From NCBI GenBank assembly GCA_043798375.1, contig JAZDOS010000029.1, positions 62,955 to 126,954 of the forward strand: a stretch of DNA of 64,000 nt, given 5' to 3'. Positions within the stretch are counted from its first letter, which is position 1. Each line of letters starts with the position of its first letter. Below are positions 18,709-27,075 of this stretch, piece by piece. The position numbers and the translations under genes were made by a program. Source of the stretch: Candidatus Omnitrophota bacterium (lineage in GTDB: Bacteria > Omnitrophota > Gorgyraeia > 2-01-FULL-45-10). Below the pieces are notes generated by a model. That model saw nothing but the letters and a program-made list of their open reading frames with translations. It made no database searches and had not been told where the DNA came from.

Positions 18709-19100
18709 TGAAAGTTCACGAAACCGAGATAAGGGTAAGATACCAGGAGACGGACAACATGGGTGTGGTCTATTACGCGAATTACTTAACCTGGTTCGAG
18801 GTGGCAAGGACCGAATATTTCCGGGCAGCGGGGCTGGTCTACCGCAAGCTTGAAGAGAAGGGGATATATCTTATGGTGGCGAGCGCTTCCTGCCAGTACA
18901 GGTCTCCTGCCAGGTATGACGATGTCGTTAAGCTCCATGCGTGGGTGCCGGAACTCAAAAATTCAAGCCTTAAATTCGCGTATAAATTATTTGTCGGCGA
19001 AAAAGTGATCGCGCAGGGAGAGTCTGTTCACGTATTTACCGACGCTCGGGGCAAGCCGACAAGAATACCCGAAGAAGTAAGAAGATTATTCCATCCCTAA
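18705..19100 (+). CDS. Acyl-CoA thioesterase, YbgC/4HBT hot-dog family
   Basis: ETEIRVRYQETDNMGVVYYANYLTWFEVARTEYF is the YbgC signature. Confidence 0.8.
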   Translation: MMKVHETEIRVRYQETDNMGVVYYANYLTWFEVARTEYFRAAGLVYRKLEEKGIYLMVASASCQYRSPARYDDVVKLHAWVPELKNSSLKFAYKLFVGEKVIAQGESVHVFTDARGKPTRIPEEVRRLFHP

Positions 19101-19559
19101 CGTAACTACAGAATCTTTTTTCTGTAAAACAACCTTGTCCTTGTCTATCTTAATCACCTTTGCGCCGCTGATAATATCTCCGGTCGCCACAATAACGTTA
19201 TTGACAATCGCCCTGGGCCCATCCACCAGCTCCATTACGCCGTTCAGGACAAAATCCGGAAACTTCCCCTTTGCCGGTTTCGACCTGGACGCGCCGGTAT
19301 AGGTTTCGGCAACCGGAAAATCATCCGTACCCATATCGATCGTCGATATGGGTTTATAGATGGCTTCGGTGACAGCCGAGCCTGCTTTCGCCCCGCTTTT
19401 GCCTGGCGAAAACGAAACCTGTTTTATTGTAACGCCCAACAGCATAATGAAAATTATCAAAAGCACGACGGGCGCGAAATTCTTTTTATTCGGGCTTTGT
19501 CCCGTCCCGGGCCCTTTGAGTCCTTGAGCTTTCTTCAGCGCTTCCTGCACTATGCTCAT
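19086..19559 (-). CDS. Membrane-anchored protein, possible ExeB/GspB-like partner of ExeA
   Basis: 157 aa with N-terminal TM segment APVVLLIIFIMLLGV. Lies directly downstream of the exeA-like gene on the minus strand. Confidence 0.4.
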   Translation of the reverse strand: MSIVQEALKKAQGLKGPGTGQSPNKKNFAPVVLLIIFIMLLGVTIKQVSFSPGKSGAKAGSAVTEAIYKPISTIDMGTDDFPVAETYTGASRSKPAKGKFPDFVLNGVMELVDGPRAIVNNVIVATGDIISGAKVIKIDKDKVVLQKKDSVVTLGME

Positions 19560-19760
19560 CCCGTTAGACCTCCTATTTAAGTAATCTAAGCCCCGTCAAT
19601 GGGTCTAACGGGACTCATCCCGTTAGAACCTCAATCTTGAAAATAAAAAAATAACACATTTTTTGCAATAAAACCCGTTTATATAATAAATACATATTCT
19701 GTTAACCCCGTTAGAAATGTAATTTCTAACGGGGTTAAAGGTTCTAACGGGACTCATGTT
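19559..19760. repeat. Cluster of CCCGTTAGA(A/C)C-type palindromic units
   Basis: CCCGTTAGACC..GGGTCTAACGGG, CCCGTTAGAACC..GGTTCTAACGGG and CCCCGTTAGAAATGTAATTTCTAACGGGG within a 200-bp intergenic region. Confidence 0.6.
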
Positions 19761-20584
19761 CGTATGCCCTCCAGTTCTTTAATACTCTTTTCAACTATGG
19801 GTAGGCCCACGACCCTCGTCTCCATGACATACGCGGCCAGCAATGACTTATCGCAAATCATATTGATAATGCGCGGAATACCGCCGGAAAATTTGTATAT
19901 CGTCTCTATGGCGTCGTCGGGAAAATTTATCTCGCCGTTAGAACCGGCTACGGACAGCCTGTGATATATATATCTTCCGACTTCATCTTTGTCCAGAGGC
20001 GTTATGTGGAACCTCACCGCGATGCGCTGCTTCAGCTGTTTCAGGTTCGGCGAGTCTATTTTTACTTTAAGTTCAGGTTGTCCCACCAGAACTATCTGGA
20101 ACAGCTTCTCCTTGTCGGTCTCGAGATTGGAGAGCATCCGTATCTCTTCCAGTATGGAAGGCTTCAGGTTCTGGGCCTCATCGATTATCAGTATAACATT
20201 GTTTCCCCTTGACAGCTCCTCAAGAAGAAAACCGTTGAGCTGGCGGAGCATCGACCCCTTGTTCTTCCGCTCCACAGAAAGGCCGTAATCCTCTATTATC
20301 GACTGCAGGAGTTGAAGCTCGGGCAGGTTTGAGTTAAATATAAAAGCGCTTTTTGTCCTGGCATCGAGCTGGTTCAGGATCGCCCTGCAAAGGGTTGTTT
20401 TCCCGGCCCCTATCTCGCCGGTTATCTCTAAAAAACCCTTGCGCTCTTTTATGCCGTATAACAGGTGGGAAAACGCTTCCTTATGGACACGGCTCAGGAA
20501 GAGAAAGTTCGGATCGCTTGTGACATTGAACGGCCTTTCCTTAAGGCCAAAGAATTCTCTATACATACCGATTATAGTATACAC
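19754..20584 (-). CDS. ExeA/GspA-like AAA ATPase
   Basis: FFGLKERPFNVTSDPNFLFLSRVHKEAFSHLLYGI..GEIGAGKTTLCRAIL..LIIDEAQNL is the ExeA-family signature. Confidence 0.8.
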   Translation of the reverse strand: MYTIIGMYREFFGLKERPFNVTSDPNFLFLSRVHKEAFSHLLYGIKERKGFLEITGEIGAGKTTLCRAILNQLDARTKSAFIFNSNLPELQLLQSIIEDYGLSVERKNKGSMLRQLNGFLLEELSRGNNVILIIDEAQNLKPSILEEIRMLSNLETDKEKLFQIVLVGQPELKVKIDSPNLKQLKQRIAVRFHITPLDKDEVGRYIYHRLSVAGSNGEINFPDDAIETIYKFSGGIPRIINMICDKSLLAAYVMETRVVGLPIVEKSIKELEGIRT

Positions 20585-20684
20585 GCCTCACCCTCGAGTT
20601 GCAAATAAAATAAAATTATATTAAACTTGCTTTTTTTGAAATCCTTATGTATAATTAACGCATATCTTTAAAGGAGAGAAGCGT

Positions 20685-21053
20685 ATGTGGGACGGAATAA
20701 ACAGAAGAAAGTTTCCCAGGGCCAACTATAAATGCCTGATAAGCATAAAGAAACGCCTTACGGCGAAGACGATATCGACCGAGACGGAGAATATAGGCGC
20801 GGGCGGCATATGCGTCATCATAAAAGAAGACCTGGGCCTCTTTCAGGGCGTTGATGTTGAGCTGTACCTGGATGAGAACCGTCCTCCGATAAAGTCGGGC
20901 GGCACGGTGGTATGGGTGGTGAAGAAGTCTTTTTCCAAGAAGGGGAGCTATTTATACGATACGGGCATCGAATTCATAGACATAAGGCCGGAAGACAGGG
21001 AAAAGATATCCGAGCGGGTTGAAGAGATCCTTAAAAATCAGAGGCGTAAATAG
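20685..21053 (+). CDS. PilZ domain protein (c-di-GMP receptor), single domain
   Basis: RRKFPRANY..(RxxxR) and ENIGAGGICV (D/NxSxxG). 122 aa. Upstream TTGCTT-17-TATAAT and AAAGGAGAG RBS. Confidence 0.75.
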   Translation: MWDGINRRKFPRANYKCLISIKKRLTAKTISTETENIGAGGICVIIKEDLGLFQGVDVELYLDENRPPIKSGGTVVWVVKKSFSKKGSYLYDTGIEFIDIRPEDREKISERVEEILKNQRRK

Positions 21054-21092
21054 AAGAAACGCCTGGAAGAAACGCCTGGAAGAAACGCCTGG
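21054..21092 (+). repeat. 3 x 13-bp perfect tandem repeat GAAGAAACGCCTG
   Basis: Three exact tandem copies lying immediately 5' of a consensus promoter. Confidence 0.7.
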
Positions 21093-21098
21093 CACGGC

Positions 21099-21127
21099 TT
21101 GACAAATCATAGAAATTGTGTTATACT
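21099..21127 (+). promoter_or_regulatory. Sigma70-type promoter
   Basis: TTGACA, 17 nt, TATACT. GGAAGGGAGGTG RBS upstream of ATG 21167. Confidence 0.5.
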
Positions 21128-21166
21128 TGTGTAAATTAAAATCAGGAAGGGAGGTGAAATTAAAAA

Positions 21167-21505
21167 ATGAAAAACTTGTTAAAGGGTATAATTATATGTG
21201 TTGCTATATTGATGGTACTTAATATAGCCAATGCATGCTATGCTCAAGATATGGGTAAGAAGATCTACAGAGGCCTAGCGAATATTATAACGGGATGGAT
21301 AGAGCTTCCAAAGAATATATACGACACCAGCGTGGAAGATAATCCTCTCTCTGGTTTAACGATCGGTTTGGCGAAAGGCGTTGGGATGACGATAGTGCGC
21401 ACAGGCGCAGGAGTGTACGAAACGGTTACATTCCCGTTCCCGATTCCGGAAGGCTACGCACCGGTTCTGGAGCCAGAATTTGTTTTCAATAAGGCTGCGA
21501 AATAA
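21167..21505 (+). CDS. Exosortase-system-associated secreted protein (TIGR04073-like)
   Basis: Signal peptide followed by RGLANIITGWIELPKNIYDTSVEDNPLSGLTIGLAKGVGMTIVRTGAGVYETVTFPFP, which matches my recollection of that family. Confidence 0.55.
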   Translation: MKNLLKGIIICVAILMVLNIANACYAQDMGKKIYRGLANIITGWIELPKNIYDTSVEDNPLSGLTIGLAKGVGMTIVRTGAGVYETVTFPFPIPEGYAPVLEPEFVFNKAAK

Positions 21506-21515
21506 GCCCAATCCT

Positions 21516-21560
21516 GATTTCATGGATAAAAATAAGGGGATAGAAGAGATTTTATCCCCT
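21516..21560 (+). terminator. Rho-independent-terminator-like hairpin
   Basis: ATAAAAATAAGGGGATAGAAGAGATTTTATCCCCTTATTTTTAT: 15-bp perfect stem ATAAAAATAAGGGGA/TCCCCTTATTTTTAT (loop TAGAAGAGATTTTA) with a T-rich 3' side. Confidence 0.6.
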
Positions 21561-21671
21561 TATTTTTATCCGCCTTCGCAAACAGTAAGCAATAGAGCAG
21601 GTGCTTCGGCGGATTATATATCTTGATTAAACGGAATAATCACTATATAATACCAACAAAAAGAGGATAGC

Positions 21672-22022
21672 GTGACAGAGAGAAGAAAGTTTTTACGATT
21701 TGAAACCGCGTTGAACGCGATCTGTGACATGGTAAGTCATAATCACAGGGCTTCATATAAAGTAAGAAACATCTCCAAGGAGGGCGCCCTTCTTCTTGTA
21801 GATAAGAAACTCAGGGAAGGGGCCGAAATAAAGCTTTCGATGGACGTGCCCGGAGATAACGTTCCGATATTCGCGTCATGCGAAGTCGCATGGCAGAAAG
21901 GCGGCGAGAATTGCAATCTGTATGAAACCGGCGTCAGGTTCAAGAGTATCGACGGCCCGGACAGGGGAAGGCTCCTCGAATATATTTATCTGCAGTGGTT
22001 AAAATTACTGGATAAAAAATAA
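21672..22022 (+). CDS. PilZ domain protein, single domain
   Basis: GTG start. RRKFLRFE.. and RNISKEGALL motifs. 116 aa. Confidence 0.7.
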   Translation: MTERRKFLRFETALNAICDMVSHNHRASYKVRNISKEGALLLVDKKLREGAEIKLSMDVPGDNVPIFASCEVAWQKGGENCNLYETGVRFKSIDGPDRGRLLEYIYLQWLKLLDKK

Positions 22023-22157
22023 TATGAGCCCCGTTAGAAAATTTTCCTAATTCTACGTTATTTAATGCCACCGTATACATGAATTCTTTACTTAAATCAT
22101 GATTTAGAAATTTGTAAATTTTCTAACGGGGTGAGCGAAGAAAAGAGGCAAGATTAA

Positions 22158-22511
22158 ATGGAAAATGAGAAACCACAAAAGCCTGCTGAAACAGCTCCGA
22201 AAACCAAGGCCCCTCAGGCCGAAGCTAAGCCGGCCGAGAAGAAGGCTCGGGTGAAGAAGGAGAAGCCGGCAAACTGCGCGGGCTGTAACAAGTCCATAAG
22301 AAAAAAGCGCTGGTATTACAGGAACGGCAAAACTTACTGCACGAAGAGGTGCTGGCAGACGACTGAGAAAAAGATTAAAGAGGAGCATCTGGCGGCCGAA
22401 AAAGCAGCTGCTGAAAAGGCAGCCGCCGAGAAAGCCGCTCAAGAGAAGGCCGCAGATGAAAAAGCCCAAACAGATAAAGCGGCCGACGACACTCCGAAGC
22501 TTCAGGGGTAA
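22158..22511 (+). CDS. Lys/Ala-rich zinc-ribbon protein
   Basis: CAGCNKS..x15..CTKRC (four Cys) flanked by KP/AK-rich N-terminus and AAEKAAAEKAAAEKAAQEKAADEKA repeats. Possibly nucleic-acid binding. Confidence 0.45.
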   Translation: MENEKPQKPAETAPKTKAPQAEAKPAEKKARVKKEKPANCAGCNKSIRKKRWYYRNGKTYCTKRCWQTTEKKIKEEHLAAEKAAAEKAAAEKAAQEKAADEKAQTDKAADDTPKLQG

Positions 22512-22555
22512 AAGCCTCAAGCATTCAAACCGTATCTTAAGAACCTTCCTTATAT

Positions 22556-23011
22556 ATGGCTTCTCGGATAAATAAACCCATCCTGGTAAGCGCATGCCTT
22601 GCGGGCATAGACTGTACTTACAGGGGCAGGAACAAGCTCGTACCCTCTATTAAAAAAATGGTCGATGACGGCATTGCCATACCCGTGTGCCCTGAGGTCA
22701 TGGGTGGGATGGGAATCCCCCGCGAAAATTCCGAGATTGTTGGCGGCGGCGGTATGGACGTCCTGATGAAGAGGGCTCGCGTTATAACAATCTCAGGCAA
22801 GGATGTTACCAAAATTTATATTAAAGGCGCGAAGGCAGTCCTTGCGATCGCCGGAATTTTCGGCGTCAGGAAGGCCATTTTAAAATCGAAAAGCCCGGCC
22901 TGCGGGGCGGGGCGGATCTACGACGGGTCTTTTACGAAGAAGCTTAAAAACGGATCCGGCGTAACGGCAAGCCTGCTTTGTCAAAAAGGCGTAAAGGTCT
23001 ATAGTGCTTGA
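22556..23011 (+). CDS. DUF523 family protein (TudS-like Fe-S protein)
   Basis: PILVSACLAGIDCTYRG..CPEV..SPACGAG is the conserved DUF523 Cys pattern. Confidence 0.65.
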   Translation: MASRINKPILVSACLAGIDCTYRGRNKLVPSIKKMVDDGIAIPVCPEVMGGMGIPRENSEIVGGGGMDVLMKRARVITISGKDVTKIYIKGAKAVLAIAGIFGVRKAILKSKSPACGAGRIYDGSFTKKLKNGSGVTASLLCQKGVKVYSA

Positions 23012-23044
23012 AAATTTAGGTAAAAAGGTGGTAGAATAGGGGTC

Positions 23045-23395
23045 ATGGACAAAGAATTTTGCCTGTTCTGCGGAATAGCGAAAAAAGAGATCCCTGCGAA
23101 GATCGCCTATGAGGACGACGCGGCATTGGCATTTGAAGACATAAATCCCAAGGCGCCGGTCCATCTTCTCGTCATACCGAAGCTGCATATAGAAAGGGTG
23201 TCGGATATCCGCGAAGACGGCTTTGAGCTGGTGGGCCATCTGATATCGATAGCAAATAGACTTGCCGAATCCAGGAAGATCAAGGAATCGGGATATAGGC
23301 TAATTTTAAACTGCAACAAAGACGCCGGTCAGGAAGTTTTTCACCTGCACCTGCATCTTCTCGGCGGAAGGAAGTTTTCATGGCCGCCGGGGTAA
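23045..23395 (+). CDS. HIT-family nucleotide hydrolase (Hint-like)
   Basis: CLFCGI..DINPKAPVHLLVIPK..HLHLHLLGG histidine triad. Confidence 0.85.
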   Translation: MDKEFCLFCGIAKKEIPAKIAYEDDAALAFEDINPKAPVHLLVIPKLHIERVSDIREDGFELVGHLISIANRLAESRKIKESGYRLILNCNKDAGQEVFHLHLHLLGGRKFSWPPG

Positions 23396-23414
23396 CGATA
23401 GGAGCCTGACATAA

Positions 23415-23780
23415 ATGGCCGCTAATGAAAGAAGGTCTTTTCCCCGTATAAAGGATGAGGGGCTGTCTCTTAAGCTTAATGCGGGTGATTTCGACACCAC
23501 AACCCATACCCTGAATATAAGCGCATCGGGAATATACTGCAAGGTTGACAGGGAAATGCCTCTCATGTCCAGGGTGCGGGTAGCGCTGGAGCTGCCGGAG
23601 TCATCAGGCGAAAACCGGTCCGTAAAAAACCTCGAGGTCGACGGCGTGGTAGTGAGGGGACACCCTGTCATAATCGACGGCGTGATAAAACATTACGATA
23701 TCGCGATATTTTTCGACAGCCTCTCCCCGAAAAACAGGGATATGCTCCAGGATTATATCTCAAGAACAAAAAAGAAATAG
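23415..23780 (+). CDS. PilZ domain protein, single domain
   Basis: RRSFPRIK and LNISASGIYC motifs. 121 aa. Confidence 0.7.
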   Translation: MAANERRSFPRIKDEGLSLKLNAGDFDTTTHTLNISASGIYCKVDREMPLMSRVRVALELPESSGENRSVKNLEVDGVVVRGHPVIIDGVIKHYDIAIFFDSLSPKNRDMLQDYISRTKKK

Positions 23781-23789
23781 GCGGTTCTT

Positions 23790-24272
23790 ATGTTCACGCT
23801 CGTAGGGCTTTTCTTTATACTGCTTCTTTCGATGATACTCTATATGCTTTACAGAACCGAGCTTACCGCAACGAAGAATAACCGCCATCACGCAAAGGTC
23901 GAGGAGTATTGGACGGGAAAAGAGAGAAGAAAATATACCCGTTTCAAAAAAACGCTGGACGTCATATACACAGTCGCGAAGAAGCCGCATCTTTCCAGTC
24001 GCGGCCATACGATAGATATATCCGAAGGCGGCATGAAACTGGTCCTCGACGAAAAGCTTCCGAAGGGCGCAATAATGGACCTCAAAATTTCGATTCCCGG
24101 CTCATCCCAGGACACGGATGTGGAGGGCGAAATCATCTGGAGCGAAGAGGCGAATTACGATAAACTCTCCGGCAAAAGGCAGTTCTATTACGGCATAAAG
24201 TTCCTGTACATCAAAGAACCGTCCGGAAAACATTTAAGCGACTACATCCGCTCTATCTCCGTACAACCTTAA
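23790..24272 (+). CDS. Membrane-anchored PilZ domain protein
   Basis: N-terminal TM LVGLFFILLLSMILYML, then RRKYTRFK and IDISEGGMKL. Confidence 0.7.
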   Translation: MFTLVGLFFILLLSMILYMLYRTELTATKNNRHHAKVEEYWTGKERRKYTRFKKTLDVIYTVAKKPHLSSRGHTIDISEGGMKLVLDEKLPKGAIMDLKISIPGSSQDTDVEGEIIWSEEANYDKLSGKRQFYYGIKFLYIKEPSGKHLSDYIRSISVQP

Positions 24273-24295
24273 CTCATGCGACAGGCCTTCGAAAA

Positions 24296-24826
24296 ATGGG
24301 AACGATTAAACATCCGGACAAAGTAAAGCTTATCGCAGGCCTTCTCTCCGGAGATGCGGCCCTATTCCAGAAGGTTAAGAAAAGGCTGGAAGAAATATGC
24401 GGAGCCGTTGATCTTGAAAGCGGAATACTGGATTTTGGCCATACGGACTATTACCGCAAGGAGATGGGCGGGGATCTAAAAAGAATATTTTACAGCTTCA
24501 AGAGGCCGGCCGGCCTGGCCGATATCTATAAAGTAAAATTGCGCACCAACCTTATCGAGAAACGGTTTCTTGCAAACGGCAAAAGGGCCGTTAATATAGA
24601 TCCCGGATACCTGAACCTCTCAAAGCTTGTCGTCTTTTCCACAAAAGACTACACCCATAGGATATATTTAAACAAAGGTATCTGTGCCGAGGTAACCCTG
24701 TTCTATAAAGACGGCACTTACAATCCGTGGCCGTGGACATACCCGGATTATAAAACAGGCCCTTATATAAAATTTTTTAATTCGGTCCGCGCGATATATA
24801 AAGAAGGGGGCAAGGCAACTTTATGA
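24296..24826 (+). CDS. DUF4416 family protein
   Basis: 176 aa starting KHPDKVKLIAGLL. Assignment is from recollection of the family. Confidence 0.5.
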   Translation: MGTIKHPDKVKLIAGLLSGDAALFQKVKKRLEEICGAVDLESGILDFGHTDYYRKEMGGDLKRIFYSFKRPAGLADIYKVKLRTNLIEKRFLANGKRAVNIDPGYLNLSKLVVFSTKDYTHRIYLNKGICAEVTLFYKDGTYNPWPWTYPDYKTGPYIKFFNSVRAIYKEGGKATL

Positions 24827-24981
24827 TTATAAAAAAGAAGAGCCTGATAGTGGCGCTCGTTTCCGGCTTTATCATATCCCTGGTGCTCATACTTACCTTG
24901 ATAGGGTATGCCGCATACCTGGAACTCAAAAACGAGAACTTTATAAGGTCCTACGAATGCGCTATGGAGAAGCTTAAGTGA
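24823..24981 (+). CDS. Putative small membrane protein (52 aa)
   Basis: ATGA overlap with the upstream stop. Hydrophobic LIVALVSGFIISLVLILTLIGYAAY. Its stop overlaps the next GTG start. Below the ORF-track cutoff. Confidence 0.3.
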   Translation: MIIKKKSLIVALVSGFIISLVLILTLIGYAAYLELKNENFIRSYECAMEKLK

Positions 24982-26660
24982 AAAAAATTTACATAACCGT
25001 TATCTGCCTCTTTGCCGCAAGTATCGTCATATTCATATCATCGTTCGTTTATCTCGACAAAAATAAGCGTAAAACCTATTACTATGTAATAAATTCGTCC
25101 GGCCGCGATATCGGCATTATAAAGGTGGATAAATTCGTAACGGAGGATAAGCTCATATATAAAACGGCCGCCCTGGTGCCTTATGGCGAAATTATCACGG
25201 AAAACAGGTCCAAGATCGTCTATGACCGAAAATACAACCTCGAGAGCTACGCGGCCGAGAGAACGGCGAACGGCGCTGTTGAGACAATATCCGTCGAAAA
25301 AAAAGGCGGCGGCGTGTCGTTCGTATCGAGGCTTAATTCGTGCTTCGCGTTTCTCGAAGATATTCCCACAAGGAAAGAGACTTTCATATTCGAAGAGAAT
25401 TCGCCCGCGACCTATTTGCCGATAATAGAGAACTACGATTTCGCAAGGGGAAGGAGCCAGGGGTTCAGCGCAATATCCTGCTTCATGGACTGGGAATTGC
25501 CGCCGATGAAAAGGTTCGTCACGCTCACCTCGATAAGGGACGAATACTTAAAGATAGGGCGTAAAAAGATAAAAACCGAGAATCTGCTCTTAAAGATAAA
25601 AAATTATCCTCAAGGCAGCGTCTGGGTGGCTAAAATAGACCGGTCGCTTATAAAGATAGAGATGCCGGCTGTTGCCCTTAAAATAACAAGGACATTCTCT
25701 CCATGGGAACTTACGTCAAAAAATTATATCGGCCGGAGCAAAGATTATACGTCCAGGGATATTGCGTTCAAAAATAACGGAGTTAACCTATCCGGCACGC
25801 TGACCTTTCCTCTGAAAGAAGGTAAATACCCGGCCGTCCTTCTCGCCGGCCCTGATGGGCCTGAAGACCGCAATCTCAGGGGCCTCTTCGCTGATTTAGC
25901 CGAGACCCTGTCAAGAAACGGTCTTACGGTATTGAGGTTTGACAAGCGCGGAGTCGGTTCGAGCGACGGAAGCTTGGCGTCTCTTTCGGAAGATGAAGAG
26001 ACGGACGACCTTGCCAGGGCCCTGGATCTTCTGGCTGCCCAAAAAGAGGCTGATCCGCAAAGCCTCTTCATTTTAGGCCATTCGCGCGGATGCTTTCGCG
26101 CCTTGAAACTCGCATCCGAAAAAAATTACATAAAGGGGCTCATCCTGATGGCGCCGGAAATATACTCCAGGTACGGCGCCAAGGAAAATTTTGAAAATTA
26201 TGACAAAATATTTTTTGACAAAAAGTGGGGCCAGGACTATTTAAAATCCGTGAAGAAATCTCTGGAAGAGATAAAGGACAGGGCGTCGCGATCCAAGGGG
26301 AACTGGGCTTTCATCCTGTGGAAAAGGTGTTTCGTAAAGAGGGTCAAGGAAGAGATGAACAGAATTCCATCCCTTTTCATAAAAAATGTAAAAGTTCCGG
26401 TACTCATCCTTCAGGGAAGGCAAGACAGCCCCTCCTCGATGGAATCGTCATTCCTTCTCGACAGGATGCTTGAAGATGGCGGCAATATTAGCCACGCGTT
26501 GACCTATTACGGCTATCTGGGCCGCTACTTTGGCAAGAAGGTAAACGACGGCATATACAAAATACATTATGCGGCCGATAAAGACGTCCTGGACAATATC
26601 ATAAACTGGATTGCCAAAATGGCAGCCGCGCCGCAAGAAACTTCCCCGCAAACAGCGTAA
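24978..26660 (+). CDS. Membrane-anchored alpha/beta-hydrolase (S9/dienelactone-hydrolase-like)
   Basis: N-terminal TM. C-terminal AVLLAGPDGPEDRN..RFDKRGVGSSDG..GHSRG nucleophile elbow. Confidence 0.65.
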   Translation: MKKIYITVICLFAASIVIFISSFVYLDKNKRKTYYYVINSSGRDIGIIKVDKFVTEDKLIYKTAALVPYGEIITENRSKIVYDRKYNLESYAAERTANGAVETISVEKKGGGVSFVSRLNSCFAFLEDIPTRKETFIFEENSPATYLPIIENYDFARGRSQGFSAISCFMDWELPPMKRFVTLTSIRDEYLKIGRKKIKTENLLLKIKNYPQGSVWVAKIDRSLIKIEMPAVALKITRTFSPWELTSKNYIGRSKDYTSRDIAFKNNGVNLSGTLTFPLKEGKYPAVLLAGPDGPEDRNLRGLFADLAETLSRNGLTVLRFDKRGVGSSDGSLASLSEDEETDDLARALDLLAAQKEADPQSLFILGHSRGCFRALKLASEKNYIKGLILMAPEIYSRYGAKENFENYDKIFFDKKWGQDYLKSVKKSLEEIKDRASRSKGNWAFILWKRCFVKRVKEEMNRIPSLFIKNVKVPVLILQGRQDSPSSMESSFLLDRMLEDGGNISHALTYYGYLGRYFGKKVNDGIYKIHYAADKDVLDNIINWIAKMAAAPQETSPQTA

Positions 26661-26689
26661 TAACGCTTCGATTAATTTCGGCGATTTTA

Positions 26690-26970
26690 GGGTCCTGCCG
26701 TCCTTCGATTTAACTCAAGGACATGCCCCGAGCGTAGTCGAGGGGCCGCTCCCTCACGGAATCCCCGTAGGGATTGTGCTCAAGCGGGACGTTAAAATCG
26801 CGAGCGGGCATGGTTTTTTGCCCTTACCAATACAACCTGCGAGGTTTGCTGGCAGCTATCTACCTGTTAACCTCGCAGGTTGTATTGGCTATGCAAAAAG
26901 AGCGAGCGATTTTACCGAGCAAAATTTTCCTCGCTGGGGAAAATTTTGCGATCCCGCGAAGCACAATCCC
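26690..26970. repeat. Nested inverted-repeat element, copy B
   Basis: Same core as 15955-16161, with the 20-bp stem CCAATACAACCTGCGAGGTT/AACCTCGCAGGTTGTATTGG but a different 22-nt loop. Additionally bounded by imperfect TIRs GGGATTGTGCTCAAGCGGGACG (26771) and CGATCCCGCGAAGCACAATCCC (26949). Confidence 0.6.
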
Positions 26971-27075
26971 GAAAGGGGATTCTTTTTAGCAGCGAAAAAA
27001 TTCGATTTCATTTACATTGACGTTGCTTTTTTTGTATGCTATATTTAATCGAAATGCGAAACGAGGTTTTGACCC

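Noticed and set aside
26690-26970. Possible CRISPR array suggested by repeated 20-mers with different intervening sequences
   Set aside because: There are only two repeat units, and they are inverted rather than direct. The spacers are 22-nt hairpin loops. No cas genes are present apart from a Cas4-like nuclease domain inside the helicase.
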